Source: a virus | Virus record (IMG/VR): IMGVR_UViG_3300047558_000238 | Coordinates: 32,001 to 96,000 of that record | Reading direction: 5' to 3' (one strand) | DNA length: 64,000 nucleotides | Shown: piece after piece, positions 19,020 to 29,200 of the stretch | Layout of the letters: every line of letters starts with the position of its first letter | How positions within the stretch are numbered: the stretch's first letter is position 1 | Program-made: the position numbers and the translations under genes | The notes under the pieces: model-generated | The model's input: the letters and a program-made list of their open reading frames with translations, nothing else | Told to the model about the DNA's origin: nothing | Databases searched by the model: none

Positions 19020-21635
19020 ATGGGAGACTGGGAGTCTGCAAATGGTCGCCTTGGTAAAGGTGCTTTGTGGTATGCCAACCAAGGCTGGAAGATTCTTCCA
19101 GTGCACGGTATCTCGAGAGATGGTCGCTGTACCTGCGGTAAGTCGCACGCTGACCCTAAAGAGATCGGTAAGCACCCGGCTATCCCTTCATGGAACTCTG
19201 AAGCATCATCAGATACAGACAAGATAAGCGCGTGGTGGTCCGAGAACCCAGACTACAACGTAGGTGTTTTCTGTAAGGCATCTGGATTTTTAGTCATCGA
19301 TATTGACCCACGCTCCGGCGGAGATGAGTCGTTCCTAAAGCTCGAAGAACGTGCCGAGGGAGCACTTCCGCCAACTGTTGAAGCTATTACTGGCGTATAT
19401 ACAGTACGTGGAAAAGCTGTTCGTGGACGTCACCTAATTTATAGGTGTGACCCTGATGAAAAATTCATTGGTAACTTTAAAAAAGAAGGCCTAGACGGTA
19501 TTGACGTCAAGCACAATGGGTATATTCTTCTTTCCCCGTCACGCCACTTTTCAGGACTCACCTATGACTGGAAGCCTGGCCATGCACCGTGGGAGCGAGA
19601 GATTGCTGAAGCACCTGAAGAACTTCTTGCTGTAGTTCGTGCCAAGTCTCTGCGCCGTAATGCTACGGGGGGTAGCTCAACTTACCGCGATGGTAGCTGG
19701 GATTGGCTGACCGACCTGGAGTTTGCTGGCGAAAAAGTTGACGTCGACAAGATTATGGAAGAAGGCCTCGTTGAAGGCCAGCGTGCGGTTGAGATTTATC
19801 GACTAGCCTGCGCTCTTGCAAATAAGTACGGAACAACTGAAACAGACCGTCTCGCAATTGAATCGATGATGATTCGCTTCAACCACGAGATGGTTAAGCC
19901 CCCTATGGAGCTTGAGGGCCAGAACTCTCTACTTATGCACGTTCACCGTGCTATCGATTTTGTGGCTGCCAACCCTAAGGTCAACCTCAAGTGGGATGGT
20001 CTGGGTGAATGGGTAAGCAAGCAAGGTATGTCATGGGCCGAGCGTTCTCAGGGGGAGGGTGTTCCTAATGCCGCTTCACCATCTGTAGGTCCTGATTTTG
20101 TAGGCAATCAGATTGCCATCAATATCGAGCAGGGTATGTCAGTTTCCGAGGCAGTTAGCAACGGCAACCTAGATGTTCCTCAGGATGTCGATGCTATTGA
20201 AGCTGAAGATGGTGGACGTCCTGGCTACCGTACCCTCACTGATGTTGGTAATGGACGTCGACTTGTCGACACGTTCTCATCATCAATTCGCTATTCTGCT
20301 GGTCTTGGCTGGTTCTATTGGGACGGCAACTATTGGAAGCCAGACGTTGAAGAACTTGAAGTTCGAGAGCTCTCTAAGCGTGTAGCTGCAGTTATTGCAG
20401 GTGAAGTAGTTCAGTTCCCTATGAACGACTCTAAGGTCAATGAGCTGGTCTCCTGGGCGAAGCAGGCTAAATCAAACACTCGTCTGAATAACATGCTGAA
20501 GAGCGCCAACACAGATAAGCGAATTGTCGTAGATGTAGAACGCTGGGATAGCGATGCTCAGCTTCTCGGTGTTGCCAATGGTGTTGTAAACCTAAAGACT
20601 GGTGAGCTCTATAAGGGCAGGCCAGACCTCTACATCACTCGTAAAGCACCTGTTGCGTACACTCCTGGCCTCCGTAATGTCCGCTGGGAGCAGTATGTTG
20701 ACTTTGTTACTGGTGGCGATAAAGAGCTTCAGGATTGGCTACAGAAGGCTGTAGGCTACACGCTTACAGGTCTAAATAGCCAAGACGTGCTCTTCTTGGT
20801 TTACGGCCCTCCAGGCTCTGGTAAGACTACTTTCGTTGAGACAATCTATAACGCACTTGGTATGCATGAATACGCTTGGAAGCTGAACTCTGATGTTCTC
20901 GCTGCTGGCGACAGCCACGGCAGTCGTAGCGACGAGTATCACATGGCAGAGCTTCGTGGTCGTCGCATGATCTGGGTAGATGAGCTTCCTGAGTCAGAGC
21001 GTCTAAAAGAAAACAAGGTTAAGCAGCTAACTGGTTCTGGCCAGATTGAAGCTCGATCACCTGGTGGACGTCCATTCACATTCAGCTCTCAAGGCAAGAT
21101 GTGGATTACCACAAACCACCGCCCTATTATTACGGACGATGCTATGTGGCGTCGTCTACGTCCTATCCCGATTACCAACATCCCTGAGAACCCAGACCCT
21201 GAGCTGCGTCCGTATCTTTCTGACCCAGATGGCGGTCTTCCTGCCGTTCTAGCCTGGGCCGTTGAGGGTGCAATTAAGTATCTAAATTCTTCAGCAAAGG
21301 ATCCGCTTGGCTGGTGTAGCGTTGTTGGCGAGGCTGCCGAGATGTATCGCAAGAATGAAGACCGTATTGGTACCTTCTTGGAGGAAGAGACTAATGCTTC
21401 TCACGGTGGCAGTCTGCAGCTAAAGCAGCTGTACGCTATCTACCGTATGTGGTCAGAAGAGCGTGGTGAGCGTGCAATGACCCAGATTGGATTCCAGCGT
21501 AAACTTTCAGACCGTGGCGAAACTATCATTGGTCAAGGCTCGCGTGCTGAGATTAAGAACCGTGTTCTGATTCCACGAGTAGTCTCTAGCGGAGAAGTTG
21601 ACTGGTCAATGCAGACAAGATTTGCTGGGCTATAG
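19020..21635 (+). CDS. Primase-polymerase fused to D5-like SF3 helicase
   Basis: Prim-Pol 'CTCG..GKHP..NVG..VIDID..GRH'; D5_N 'NGVVNLKTG'; Walker A 'GPPGSGKTT'. Confidence 0.92.
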   Translation: MGDWESANGRLGKGALWYANQGWKILPVHGISRDGRCTCGKSHADPKEIGKHPAIPSWNSEASSDTDKISAWWSENPDYNVGVFCKASGFLVIDIDPRSGGDESFLKLEERAEGALPPTVEAITGVYTVRGKAVRGRHLIYRCDPDEKFIGNFKKEGLDGIDVKHNGYILLSPSRHFSGLTYDWKPGHAPWEREIAEAPEELLAVVRAKSLRRNATGGSSTYRDGSWDWLTDLEFAGEKVDVDKIMEEGLVEGQRAVEIYRLACALANKYGTTETDRLAIESMMIRFNHEMVKPPMELEGQNSLLMHVHRAIDFVAANPKVNLKWDGLGEWVSKQGMSWAERSQGEGVPNAASPSVGPDFVGNQIAINIEQGMSVSEAVSNGNLDVPQDVDAIEAEDGGRPGYRTLTDVGNGRRLVDTFSSSIRYSAGLGWFYWDGNYWKPDVEELEVRELSKRVAAVIAGEVVQFPMNDSKVNELVSWAKQAKSNTRLNNMLKSANTDKRIVVDVERWDSDAQLLGVANGVVNLKTGELYKGRPDLYITRKAPVAYTPGLRNVRWEQYVDFVTGGDKELQDWLQKAVGYTLTGLNSQDVLFLVYGPPGSGKTTFVETIYNALGMHEYAWKLNSDVLAAGDSHGSRSDEYHMAELRGRRMIWVDELPESERLKENKVKQLTGSGQIEARSPGGRPFTFSSQGKMWITTNHRPIITDDAMWRRLRPIPITNIPENPDPELRPYLSDPDGGLPAVLAWAVEGAIKYLNSSAKDPLGWCSVVGEAAEMYRKNEDRIGTFLEEETNASHGGSLQLKQLYAIYRMWSEERGERAMTQIGFQRKLSDRGETIIGQGSRAEIKNRVLIPRVVSSGEVDWSMQTRFAGL

Positions 21636-21656
21636 GTAGATCAAACCTATATAGGT

Positions 21657-21923
21657 TTATAGCTCTTTTGGCGCTGTGCCCCAGTGGCCGATTGGGCAGT
21701 AGGCATTAGGTAGCTTAGTTTTTAGATTCATAAAACAGCCGCACTTCCTGCACTGCTTGCTGATCTTAAATAAAAATGGGCACTGTAAACATATCGACAT
21801 GCGCTCTTCAGCTACTTCATCAGATACTCTACCTACCTCAGAGTCTAGTAGGTCCCATGGCTTTGCGCTTTTTCTTAGCTCTTCTGGGCTCGGTAGCGGT
21901 GGGATCTCAGGTAGTTGGCTCAT
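21657..21923 (-). CDS. Small Cys-rich protein (DUF6171-like)
   Basis: 'RMSICLQCP..QCRKCGCFM..KTKL..AYCPIGHW'. Confidence 0.7.
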   Translation of the reverse strand: MSQLPEIPPLPSPEELRKSAKPWDLLDSEVGRVSDEVAEERMSICLQCPFLFKISKQCRKCGCFMNLKTKLPNAYCPIGHWGTAPKEL

Positions 21924-22260
21924 TGTCTATAAACTTTCCGTCTATATATCTAGATCCTATTTTAGCAGTAGCTGTAGTATCATCAACTAGAACAAATGTT
22001 GGCTGTGCCAAAAATATATCTGCTAGAGAGTCCTGGGCTCTTAGGATATCATAAACTTCACCATCTAGAACCATTGCAATGGTATGTACCGATGGTCCGC
22101 TTAGGTTCTTCTTCTGTTCCAGTGAGTACTGACTCTCTGTGCCGCTGCCATGGCTGTGTTGATGTTCCTTCGAAAAAGTATTTTTTAGCTTCTGCAGGAA
22201 TGATACTTGACTGGCTAATCCAGCCTGCTTTGGGGTAGGTATCTTATGTCTTGGCTTCAT
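21907..22260 (-). CDS. Hypothetical protein, paralog of 22954-23187
   Basis: TAATG-coupled start; 'IAMVLDGEVYDILRAQDSLADIFLAQPTFVLVD'. Confidence 0.6.
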   Translation of the reverse strand: MKPRHKIPTPKQAGLASQVSFLQKLKNTFSKEHQHSHGSGTESQYSLEQKKNLSGPSVHTIAMVLDGEVYDILRAQDSLADIFLAQPTFVLVDDTTATAKIGSRYIDGKFIDNEPTT

Positions 22261-22949
22261 TAGTCGTACTTTTTTCTGTGCCACATGGTGCGCTTATAGT
22301 TAAAGTCTTTTGTTCGTGCTAGATAAGCAAAGTAGCCTAAGTTTCTAAGGGCCTTGCTGCTAGCTGAGCGTATCTGCATTTTCCAGTCGTAGCGCTTGAT
22401 AGGGATCAACTGGGCTATAGGAGTTCCTTTAGGGATAACCCCTTCAAAATCTTCTTTTATGAAAAACGGAATGTTGCCAGCGTTAAAAAATACATCTGAA
22501 TCGATGATACCAGAGGTCACGTGGAAAGGTAGATCTTCTCTATTTAGTGGATGGGTCAGTAACACACTGAATCCACGGGGAGCCTTAAAATTCCAGAAAC
22601 CTGTAAATGCGAGATGGTTTGGCGCGAATCCTGGCAGTCTAGGCATTGTCTCGCCTAGTGCTGCTGGACGTTCGTTAATTATTTGACCAAGAGGGTTTTC
22701 CGGGTATGAAAAAAATATGTTTCCATCTTTTTTAGAGACTTCAATATCAAAAGGAATAGTTAACACATATCCGGTAATCATCGCATCTAAAAAAGGCATA
22801 CACTGTTTAAGTCCAGCTGATTTTTCACCTGTAGCGGTTAAAAAATGGCTTTCTGCAGACTTATACCACCCGGGTAGCGCTCTTTTAGTAGGTACTGGTC
22901 TTCCGTATTCAACTAAGTCTTTAGCGATAAAAAACTTTAGAAGTTTCAT
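22260..22949 (-). CDS. DUF6065-like protein, paralog of 33839-34570
   Basis: 'LPGWYK..KQCMPFLDAM..GY..HPLNR.DLPF..SGIIDSD..PFF..IPKGTPIAQLIP.KR..W'. Confidence 0.65.
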   Translation of the reverse strand: MKLLKFFIAKDLVEYGRPVPTKRALPGWYKSAESHFLTATGEKSAGLKQCMPFLDAMITGYVLTIPFDIEVSKKDGNIFFSYPENPLGQIINERPAALGETMPRLPGFAPNHLAFTGFWNFKAPRGFSVLLTHPLNREDLPFHVTSGIIDSDVFFNAGNIPFFIKEDFEGVIPKGTPIAQLIPIKRYDWKMQIRSASSKALRNLGYFAYLARTKDFNYKRTMWHRKKYD

Positions 22950-22953
22950 AAAC

Positions 22954-23187
22954 CTATGGCTTGCTGAAAGTTCCAGTAACTGGGTCGTAAATGTCGCCAG
23001 CCTCCACTGGGTCGTTAACATCTACCTGAATAAATGTTGGCTGGCCACTAAAGACCGAAGCAAGTTGAGCATCTGTTCGCATTCTTTGGTAGACAACATT
23101 ATTGATAATTAGTGCAAAACCATATTCGTTTGCGCTCTGCTGAGGCTGGCCTGGCGATTCTAGAGGCGGAATGCTTGGTAAAGTCAT
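22954..23187 (-). CDS. Hypothetical protein, paralog of 21907-22260
   Basis: 'FALIINNVVYQRMRTDAQLASVFSGQPTFIQVD'. Confidence 0.6.
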   Translation of the reverse strand: MTLPSIPPLESPGQPQQSANEYGFALIINNVVYQRMRTDAQLASVFSGQPTFIQVDVNDPVEAGDIYDPVTGTFSKP

Positions 23188-23188
23188 T

Positions 23189-23998
23189 TTAGTTCCTATC
23201 TATTGATATCTTATTAATTGTACTACCCTGGCCGTATGAGCTAGGGCTGATTGCTAATCCAAATCGTTTTGTTTTTGTTGGATTGTCTGCTGCATAAGTT
23301 AGGTCAGAGCCAATTTGGCTAGAAAAATTGTAGTCAGAGTAAGCTTGAATCGTAATAACATTATTTGAAGTTTTTACTCTAAATGCCGAGATTAACGTAG
23401 ATACAGCCTGAGACCACATGACGGATATCGAACCGGATACTGACTTAAGTATTCTCAGATACTGGGGGTAGCAGGTGCTACATGAAGTTCCAGAGCAGGT
23501 GCTACATGAAGTTCCAGAGCAGGTTTGACAAGTAGTTGTTGTGCCCCCGCCGGTATAGTAGATGCAATAGAAGCCAGTCCAAAATCCGCAGGTAGGTGCA
23601 GTATAGGAGTCAACACAGTTGCAACTATATGAGTAGTTGTAGCAGTTGCAACTATATGAGTAGTTGTAGCAGTTGCAACTTTCTGCTTGACTATATTTTT
23701 GTACCCCCCACCAACTATTGGATTCAGTCACCCAGAGGGAGACCATGGCCCCTTGATCTGGAGCGGCTAGTTCTACAGATACATTTTCTACGCCCATGTC
23801 TGTAGTCATCATTGGATATGTTCCAGCACCAGTAACTGTAGTCAGCTTATTGCTTACAATGCTAAATGTTCCTGCTGCTATATCCCATTTGCTGCCATCA
23901 GTAGCAACTCCAGGACTGTTTGTTATGTCAGCTCTAGTGAAAGTATCAACAAACTTTTTTCTTACAGCTTGAGCTTTGATGCCTATTGACGGTCTCAC
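23189..23998 (-). CDS. Putative fibre-tip protein with Cys/Tyr/Thr-rich repeat insert
   Basis: GTG overlaps the upstream TAG; beta-rich body interrupted by 'SCNCYNYSYSCNCYNYSYSCNC...TCQTCSGTSCSTCSGTSCSTC'. Confidence 0.6.
   Translation of the reverse strand: MRPSIGIKAQAVRKKFVDTFTRADITNSPGVATDGSKWDIAAGTFSIVSNKLTTVTGAGTYPMMTTDMGVENVSVELAAPDQGAMVSLWVTESNSWWGVQKYSQAESCNCYNYSYSCNCYNYSYSCNCVDSYTAPTCGFWTGFYCIYYTGGGTTTTCQTCSGTSCSTCSGTSCSTCYPQYLRILKSVSGSISVMWSQAVSTLISAFRVKTSNNVITIQAYSDYNFSSQIGSDLTYAADNPTKTKRFGLAISPSSYGQGSTINKISIDRN
23471..23680. repeat. Two exact in-frame tandem duplications (24 bp and 27 bp)
   Basis: GCAGGTGCTACATGAAGTTCCAGA x2 (23471-23518); CAGTTGCAACTATATGAGTAGTTGTAG x2 plus partial (23616-23680). 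Confidence 0.9.
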
Positions 23999-24714
23999 TA
24001 TGCCACCGTATCCCCAAACAATACCCACAAGTCAGTGCCGCGCTTGTAAAGCGTAGCGGATGACCACTGAGCACGCAGTTTATTTCCAGGAGTATAGTTT
24101 AGGGTTACACCAGCACCCGGTGACACGGTAACTTGACCTGCTCCAGTTTGCATAATTGATATCGTTGATCCAACTGCTATAGCAGCTGAAGAATTAGGCG
24201 GAACTGTGACAGTTATTGCAGCCGAGTTGTTTAACTCGATAAAGTAGGCAACATCGCCTGCAACTAAAGTATATGAAGTTCCAGTTTGGTTGTTTACTGG
24301 ATAAGTAAGTGAGGCTTTAGAGTTCAACTGTGTCTGTATCGGTGAGGTTACACCGCTAGCGTAGTTTAGCTCAGTGGTGGTTACAGTTGCGCCATCTAGA
24401 ATGTTAAGTTCTGCTGCTGTTGCCGTAACTCCCTCTACACCGGGGCCTGTCGGTCCAATCGGTCCTTGAATTCCGTCTGCTCCTGCTGGTCCAGTTGGTC
24501 CCATTGGGCCAGCTGCTCCATCTGCACCTGGTAGCCCATCGGCACCAGGTAGCCCGTCAGCACCCGTGGCACCAGTGGGTCCAGTTGGTCCGGTAGGGCC
24601 AACCACCATAGCTGTATTTGATGCCTTCCAGAAGGTGCCATTCCATGTCCAAGACTGGTCACCTAAAACATACGTCTGCCCTACAGTAGGGGTGTTAGGG
24701 AAATTGATTGGCAT
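23998..24714 (-). CDS. Short collagen-like fibre with C-terminal beta domain
   Basis: '[20 protein letters not shown]'; Gly-X-Y tract; C-terminus paralogous to 39172-41793. Confidence 0.8.
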   Translation of the reverse strand: MPINFPNTPTVGQTYVLGDQSWTWNGTFWKASNTAMVVGPTGPTGPTGATGADGLPGADGLPGADGAAGPMGPTGPAGADGIQGPIGPTGPGVEGVTATAAELNILDGATVTTTELNYASGVTSPIQTQLNSKASLTYPVNNQTGTSYTLVAGDVAYFIELNNSAAITVTVPPNSSAAIAVGSTISIMQTGAGQVTVSPGAGVTLNYTPGNKLRAQWSSATLYKRGTDLWVLFGDTVA

Positions 24715-24715
24715 A

Positions 24716-25045
24716 TTACACTAGACCTCTCGATAAAGCATCAATCTCTAGGTCGGTTAGCCCAGCGATATCTTTTAATTTCTGTCTAGCAGTAATAGGG
24801 GCTGATATTTTCTCTAACTCTTCTGTAGTTAGATCACGTAAAGTCCATACTTGACGCCATACCCCATCAATTTCCTGTGGAAAGAGCTCCTGAAGAACTT
24901 TACCATCTATCAATGCAGGTGGATCAGTTGGTTTTACTAATGTCCACCCTGTAGGTAGACCAAACTCTGGTTCCCAGTCGGGGTTGGCAACTTTGATATC
25001 ACCAATGTGTCGTGGATACTCATTATTAGGGCTGATGTATAGCAT
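24716..25045 (-). CDS. Hypothetical protein, possible fibre assembly factor
   Basis: Coupled ORF; '[10 protein letters not shown]...LT.EE' pattern seen beside phage fibre genes. Confidence 0.5.
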   Translation of the reverse strand: MLYISPNNEYPRHIGDIKVANPDWEPEFGLPTGWTLVKPTDPPALIDGKVLQELFPQEIDGVWRQVWTLRDLTTEELEKISAPITARQKLKDIAGLTDLEIDALSRGLV

Positions 25046-26283
25046 TATCCTACTTCCGTACCTATATAGTTTACCGCTGCGCTAACCGACTGGTTGGTCA
25101 CAGAATATGACGATGCAACTGAAGAAAATCCTGGGTTTGCATAGCTAAATCCAGCGGTATTGTAATTAAATGATGGGGTAGTCACTTGTAGTGATGACGT
25201 GGCGTAGCTAAATCCTGAGTATGCTCCTAGCCCGGAGCCGTCGCCTTTTAATTTTGTAACGGCCGCTGTTCCCATTATTGCCACGGTACTATCTGGAGCA
25301 ACGTGCATTCTGAGCCAGCCCATGATAACGTTGAGCTTTCTAATGAACTGAATTGTTCCGCTACTGTTGAATTTAGCAAATCCGCCACCATAGTTTGGGT
25401 AGTCGGTATTGTTGTTGTCCTGATAAAAGCTTATATATACGTTTCCAGCACTATCTACTCCAGGAGTAGCATAGTCATTATAGCTATATACACCTGGAAT
25501 CTCTAGCTGCCTTGCCCACTGCATGGTGCCTGAGCTGTTGTACTTAACAATAAATGAGTGCCTTGTAGAGCCAGACATCCCGGAGACGTACACATTCCCG
25601 GAGGTATCTACAGTGCAGCCCATCCCCCACATTGTCTGTCCATCGGTTGGAGTTATGGTTCTTTGCCACTGAACTACGCCGTTACCTCCAGCATACGCTG
25701 TAACGTGAACTCCGGCTCCACCGCTATATGTTCCTGCTGCTACAGCAATCCCTGCGGATGCACTATAACCTATACCGTTATAGTAGCTACTTGGTGTAGT
25801 TAGGTACTGCGACCAAACCATATTTCCACTACTGTCTAGGCAAGATACGACAGGGTAGTCTGATCCACCAGTATTGTATTGTCCGCAGATGTATGTGGTT
25901 CCAATAGTGTTAGTTACGCTAGCTTGAGCAGAGCTTACAGTGGCATTTGTTGCTAGCTGCCTCTGCCACTGAATTACTCCATCAGAGTTATACTTAGCTG
26001 CAAAAAATGATCCAGAACCGGCAATATATACATTTTCTGAGCTATCTAGACTCAACCCTTGAGTATTGCTCGGGTTAATTCTTCTACCCCAGACAACTTC
26101 ACCATTTTTATTTAGCTTTATGGTTGTGCTGTATGTTTGGTAGTAGACATTTCCTAGTGCTCCAGTAGTTGCTACACCATACCCAGAGCCAGTTCCCTGG
26201 ACCACCCAGTAAAGTCCGAGTATGCGTTTTAGTCTGCCCCATGCGGCAGCTCCGCTATTCCCTAGAGTCTGTAGTAGTGGCAT
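25045..26283 (-). CDS. Beta-propeller repeat protein, putative fibre tip
   Basis: Repeated 'DSSGNVYI.G...VKYNSSG..QW.RQL' blades. Confidence 0.75.
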   Translation of the reverse strand: MPLLQTLGNSGAAAWGRLKRILGLYWVVQGTGSGYGVATTGALGNVYYQTYSTTIKLNKNGEVVWGRRINPSNTQGLSLDSSENVYIAGSGSFFAAKYNSDGVIQWQRQLATNATVSSAQASVTNTIGTTYICGQYNTGGSDYPVVSCLDSSGNMVWSQYLTTPSSYYNGIGYSASAGIAVAAGTYSGGAGVHVTAYAGGNGVVQWQRTITPTDGQTMWGMGCTVDTSGNVYVSGMSGSTRHSFIVKYNSSGTMQWARQLEIPGVYSYNDYATPGVDSAGNVYISFYQDNNNTDYPNYGGGFAKFNSSGTIQFIRKLNVIMGWLRMHVAPDSTVAIMGTAAVTKLKGDGSGLGAYSGFSYATSSLQVTTPSFNYNTAGFSYANPGFSSVASSYSVTNQSVSAAVNYIGTEVG

Positions 26284-26291
26284 ATGTAATC

Positions 26292-29200
26292 CTACGCGAA
26301 CTTAGCTTGGCTAGCTAGAACAGTAAATGTGTTAGTAGCTGTCTTAATAATAGTGTAGGTGTACATGTCAATAGAGCTAGCGTTTCCGCTAGAAGGAGCA
26401 GTTCCACCTACCCATTTAGGGGTCACAGCCGTTCCATCGATTTGGTACGACGTTGGGTAGTATGGGGTAGTTCCGTTTGTAATCAGTAGTGCGCATGTCA
26501 CTGACTGATTTACTGACATAAATGCATCCAGGCTTGTGGCACCATCGTAATAGAAGTTAACTATTCCGTTGCCAGCTGCCGCTACAGTGTAGAACTGAAC
26601 TGCACCATCTACTAACTTAAATGCACCTCCAGCAAATCCAGTAGCTGTTGCATATACGCCTTCCTTGGTTTGTGAAGTCAGCACTGGGCTAATGAGTGTC
26701 TTATTAGATAGCGTCTGCGTTCCAGGAATTGTTACATATGTAGATGTGTCTGGAGCAGGGCCAGTTGCACCAGTAGGTCCAATTGGACCTTGAATACCTT
26801 GAACACCCTGAGGGCCTGCAGGGCCAGTGTCTCCAGTTGCACCAGTTAAACCCTGAACACCTTGAGCACCAGTTGCTCCAGTTGCTCCAGTTGGGCCGGT
26901 CGGGCCCATATCTCCGGCAACAGCTTCTGCCCAGAAGCCGTCGATATATGTGAGTAGAGTTCCAGTCGCGGTGTCGACCCATACGTCTCCTACGGAAGGC
27001 GATGTCGGGGCTACGTCTGAAACATAGAATTTACCGTCTGCACCTGTAGGACCAGTTGGTCCATCTAGTCCGTCGATACCGGCCGCGCCAGTAGGCCCAG
27101 TAGGGCCAGTTGCTCCTTGAACTCCAGTTGCACCAGTTGGACCTGTCGGACCAGTTGGGCCAATAGCACCAGCACTAATGGTTGTCCTAACGTTTGATGC
27201 CTTACCGTCTTCAAAATAGATGGTGGTAGTGCTATTAGAGTTTCCATATCCAGTAGGTCGGATTGCATAGTACTTAAAGACAAGTCTGTCAGTCAAATCA
27301 ATTGATGCTGCAACTGATCGTACATACTGATAAGAAATCTCTTCAATGGTAGTGTTGCTGTGCAGTTCAGAGTCTACAGTTGAAAGTAGAGTCTCGCTCC
27401 CTCCGCTAGGTCCGCACTTATAGACTTCAGTGCGGAACTTAACACTGCCAGAGTCTACAAGCATGTGTAGGGAGTTGACTCCGATTCCTGTTGGAATATT
27501 AGTCACACCAGGAACTCCGACTGGAGTGGCAAATGCTCCAATTAGGTATGGAGTATCTGCCAGAGATAGCTGAATAGTGTAGCTAGTAAGCGCATTTACT
27601 GAAGGGCTTTCACCTGCAATAAAGTATCCAGTTAGGTCAGAGGTATCAGTTCTATTTAGATAGAAAGTTCTACCAGCTGCACCACCCTGAGGTCCTGTCG
27701 GTCCAGTGGCACCAGTCGGTCCGGTCGGGCCAACTACCTGAGAGTTAGTCCAGACGCCAGTAGCCGAGTTATATCTAAGAACGTCACCATCAACTAGAGT
27801 GCTTAGATTTACATCGTGAAGCTCGTCTAGCTCTAGACCATTGGCTACCTTTACATAGATAGACCCGGTTGTGGCTGATTTACGGACTAGGACACCAACC
27901 ATAACCCCATGAGCTGGAGCTTCTGGCCGCTGAGTAGTCATGGTTCCAGCAGTTTCTGATAGCCAAAGGACTGCACCTTCGCTATAGTTACTAACTATTC
28001 CACCGAATCCAACATAGTTAGATGTATCTATGTCTCTAACTAGACCATTAAGGGTCACATATCCTTCACCAGCCACTGCAATATCTTCTGTAGCGATACC
28101 AACAGTAGCTGTAGACTGCAACTCGGTAGAGGCGTCTGCCAAAATAACTTCTGGTCTAGTGCCATTTGCGCCACTAAGAGCGACAACTGACCCATTGGTG
28201 ATAGTTGACCCGGTAGCGTTGTAGACCTTCATCACGAACTCTTGGCCAACCTGGAGGGTTACGTTGTTACCGCCAAGACGAAGGTTTAGCGTACCATCAG
28301 CCTCGTTCCAGGCTAGCTCGCCTGGATTCGAGACACCGTTAACATACGTGGTGTCAAATCCCAGCTTGTCTAGTCCAGAGATTGAAGTTATTTCGGTAAC
28401 AGCTCCGGATGGCATAGGCCCTGTTGCACCAGTTGCACCAGTTGGTCCAGTTGGTCCAGCAACAGTCGAAGCTGCACCAGTCGGTCCAGTCGCACCAGTC
28501 GGACCAGTTGGTCCAGTCGCACCATCAGCGCCAATGTATCCATCTGCACCCTGAGGACCAGTCGCTCCGGTTGGGCCAGTCGGACCTTCTACACCTTGAG
28601 CACCAGTTGGGCCAGTTGGGCCTACCGGTCCAACAGAACCAGTAGGACCAGTCGGACCATCTACACCCTGAATTCCAGGGACACCTTGAATACCAGCAAT
28701 ACCCTGAGCACCGGTAGGGCCTGTTGCTCCGGTAGGACCAGCCAAAGTGCCTGAGTCGACCCAGGATAGTGTTGTCTCTGACCAGATATATAGAACACCA
28801 CCAGCGATGCTTGCATCGCCTGGAGTTCCAGTAGGGTGCGCTGCAATGAGCTCTGCATAAGTGTTATGAGCGTCAATGATCTGAATACCTTGACCCTGCG
28901 CACCAGTTGGGCCTGTCGGACCCTGAGCTCCAGTTGCACCTGTCGGTCCAATATTCCCCTGAACACCCTGAGCACCAGTAGCACCCGTTGGTCCAGTAAC
29001 CCCTTGGGTTCCAGTTAGGCCTTGAGGCCCCTGAGCTCCCGTCGCACCAGTTGGACCGGCAATACCTTGAATACCTTGAGGACCTGTTGCACCAGTTGGG
29101 CCCTGGACACCTTGAGCGCCAGTTGCACCAGTTGGTCCAGTGACCATCGATGGGGCACCAGTCGGACCGGTTGGACCCTGAGCTCCTGTTGCACCAGTTG

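Noticed and set aside
23471-23680. Direct repeats as a CRISPR mini-array
   Set aside because: Tandem, in-frame, no spacers. The Cas4-like nuclease at 10141 sits in a recombination operon.
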